Below, in pieces: positions 63,216 to 64,000 of a stretch of DNA of 64,000 nucleotides. Origin of the DNA: Malacoraja senta (lineage: Eukaryota); NCBI GenBank assembly GCA_038087875.1, contig JAXLNO010000041.1, positions 62,001-126,000 of the forward strand, read 5' to 3'. A model generated the notes under the pieces. It was not told where the DNA came from. It did no database searches and was given only the letters and a program-made list of their open reading frames with translations. Made by a program: the position numbers and the translations under genes. The first letter of the stretch is position 1; each line of letters opens with the position of its first letter.

Positions 63216-64000
63216 ATGCTGGCCGTGACAATTTATTGGCTTCTTACAGCTGCAGCTCTTTTAACGGGTAAGTACAAGACGTTTCCAAGCCTGAATATTA
63301 TATTACTGTGGGGCATGGTATTTAATCAATAAAATGCCTTGCATGCAATGGAATGACTTTAGAAAGTGAGTCAGTGAGGGTACAATAAACGAAGAGTACA
63401 ATAAGAATATAGATGCAGTTCCGACCAAAGTGCTGTAAGGATTTTGAGATGAGTTTCCAGGTATATTAGACCACGCTCGTGTTCTAAGGTCGTGCGCTCA
63501 GCAATTCCTCTCCTCCTCCCGAGATGCAATGATCACGAGCAGGTGGCGAAGGAAAGGGGTGGATGATTTTTAAATATAGTTTCATTCGGTAATTCACAGC
63601 GCGTTTTCTCCCACCTTCATTTAGGTTTGAGTGCAGGGAGATCTTTGTTGCCGTTCTACCTCAGATCAGTACCAGGATAAGGTGAGCGTGAGCAGAATGC
63701 GGTGATATTCTTGTTTTTAACTTCGTTCCCGGACTCTTGCAGAGCATTGTCGAGGCGACGCCGTTTCTCAGACACCAGTAGTGGTAACAATGAGCGAAGG
63801 GGATGATGCCCAGTTGAACTGCAACTATACAGCTACAAGCACGAACAATCTTGTATTAATGTGGTACCGGCAGTATCCCGGCGAATCCCTTCAATTTCTG
63901 GTTCAGAACGAAATTCGAAGCCGCCCAGAAGAACAGTGCTGGAGAACGTTTGGCTGCGGAGCTCAACCATTTGACAGGAACAGTCCCGCTGACTGTGTCG
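63216..64000 (+). pseudogene. TRAV: V pseudogene lineage B, cut by window end
   Basis: Leader at 63216; exon carries the B frameshift (TTTCTGGTTCAGAACG near 63900). Confidence 0.88.

Larger units (their letters stand above)
1..64000 (+). repeat. Tandem array of 46 TCR alpha/delta-type V gene segments with nested segmental duplications (basic ABCDE unit ~6,812 bp)
   Basis: Homologous ORFs recur at fixed offsets: 744/7556/14369 (6812-6813), 54037/62331 (8294), 9006/31507 (~22,500), 22664/46643 and 24137/48116 (~23,978), 744/54037 (53,293). All segments are on the + strand. Confidence 0.97.

Noticed and set aside
1-64000. NAR-TCR, Ig heavy-like (TAILV/VH-delta) V, Ig light clusters, or D/J/C segments
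   Set aside because: All V exons belong to one WYRQ/YYCAL family, and each has its own leader exon. I saw no FGXG J motif with an upstream 12-RSS, no D flanked by RSSs and no C exon. The extra Cys is in FR2 rather than CDR1.
1-64000. CRISPR-like or prokaryotic repeat system
   Set aside because: The repeats are kb-scale intron-containing gene units with GT-AG splicing and RAG signals, not short direct repeats with unique spacers.

Overview
The whole window is a dense tandem array of antigen-receptor variable (V) gene segments, all on the + strand. They are best read as T-cell receptor alpha/delta V segments (TRAV/TRDV class) of a jawed vertebrate, probably a cartilaginous fish (skate/ray-like), judged from recalled repeat motifs and unverified. 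I count 46 segments, about one per 1.4 kb. The complete segment has a TATA-less promoter module, a 52-nt leader exon, a GT-AG intron of about 0.4-0.55 kb, a V exon (Cys, WYR, YYC) and a 3' recombination signal sequence (RSS; heptamer CACGGTG, 23-bp spacer, nonamer ACAAAAACT/ACAAAAATT). Five lineages recur, labelled here A-E, plus chimeric A' genes, in the order ABCDE|ABCDE|ABCDE|A'A'A'EA'E|ABCDE|A'ABCDE|A'A'A'EA'E|ABCDE|A'AB(partial). The basic period is about 6,812 bp, with higher-order offsets of about 8.3, 22.5 and 24 kb. By manual reading, 22 segments are open with a CAC-starting 23-RSS and 1 has lost its first ATG. Four are open but have a TAC heptamer, and 13 are fixed pseudogenes (7 B frameshifted, 6 C truncated by a transposon/repeat insertion). 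Six carry private indels in error-rich stretches that look like sequencing or assembly noise. No D, J or C segments, and no NAR-TCR or Ig-like V, were recognised. The most interesting signals are: germline chimeric V genes made by crossovers inside the V exon; a free Cys at the V-V interface in lineage A; an open reading frame running through the RSS to a common stop followed by ATTAAA; an 11-bp-spacer RSS on B; and RSS-dead but open D copies. I found no clearly new biological system beyond these hypotheses. Most short ORFs in the track are repeat-derived artefacts.
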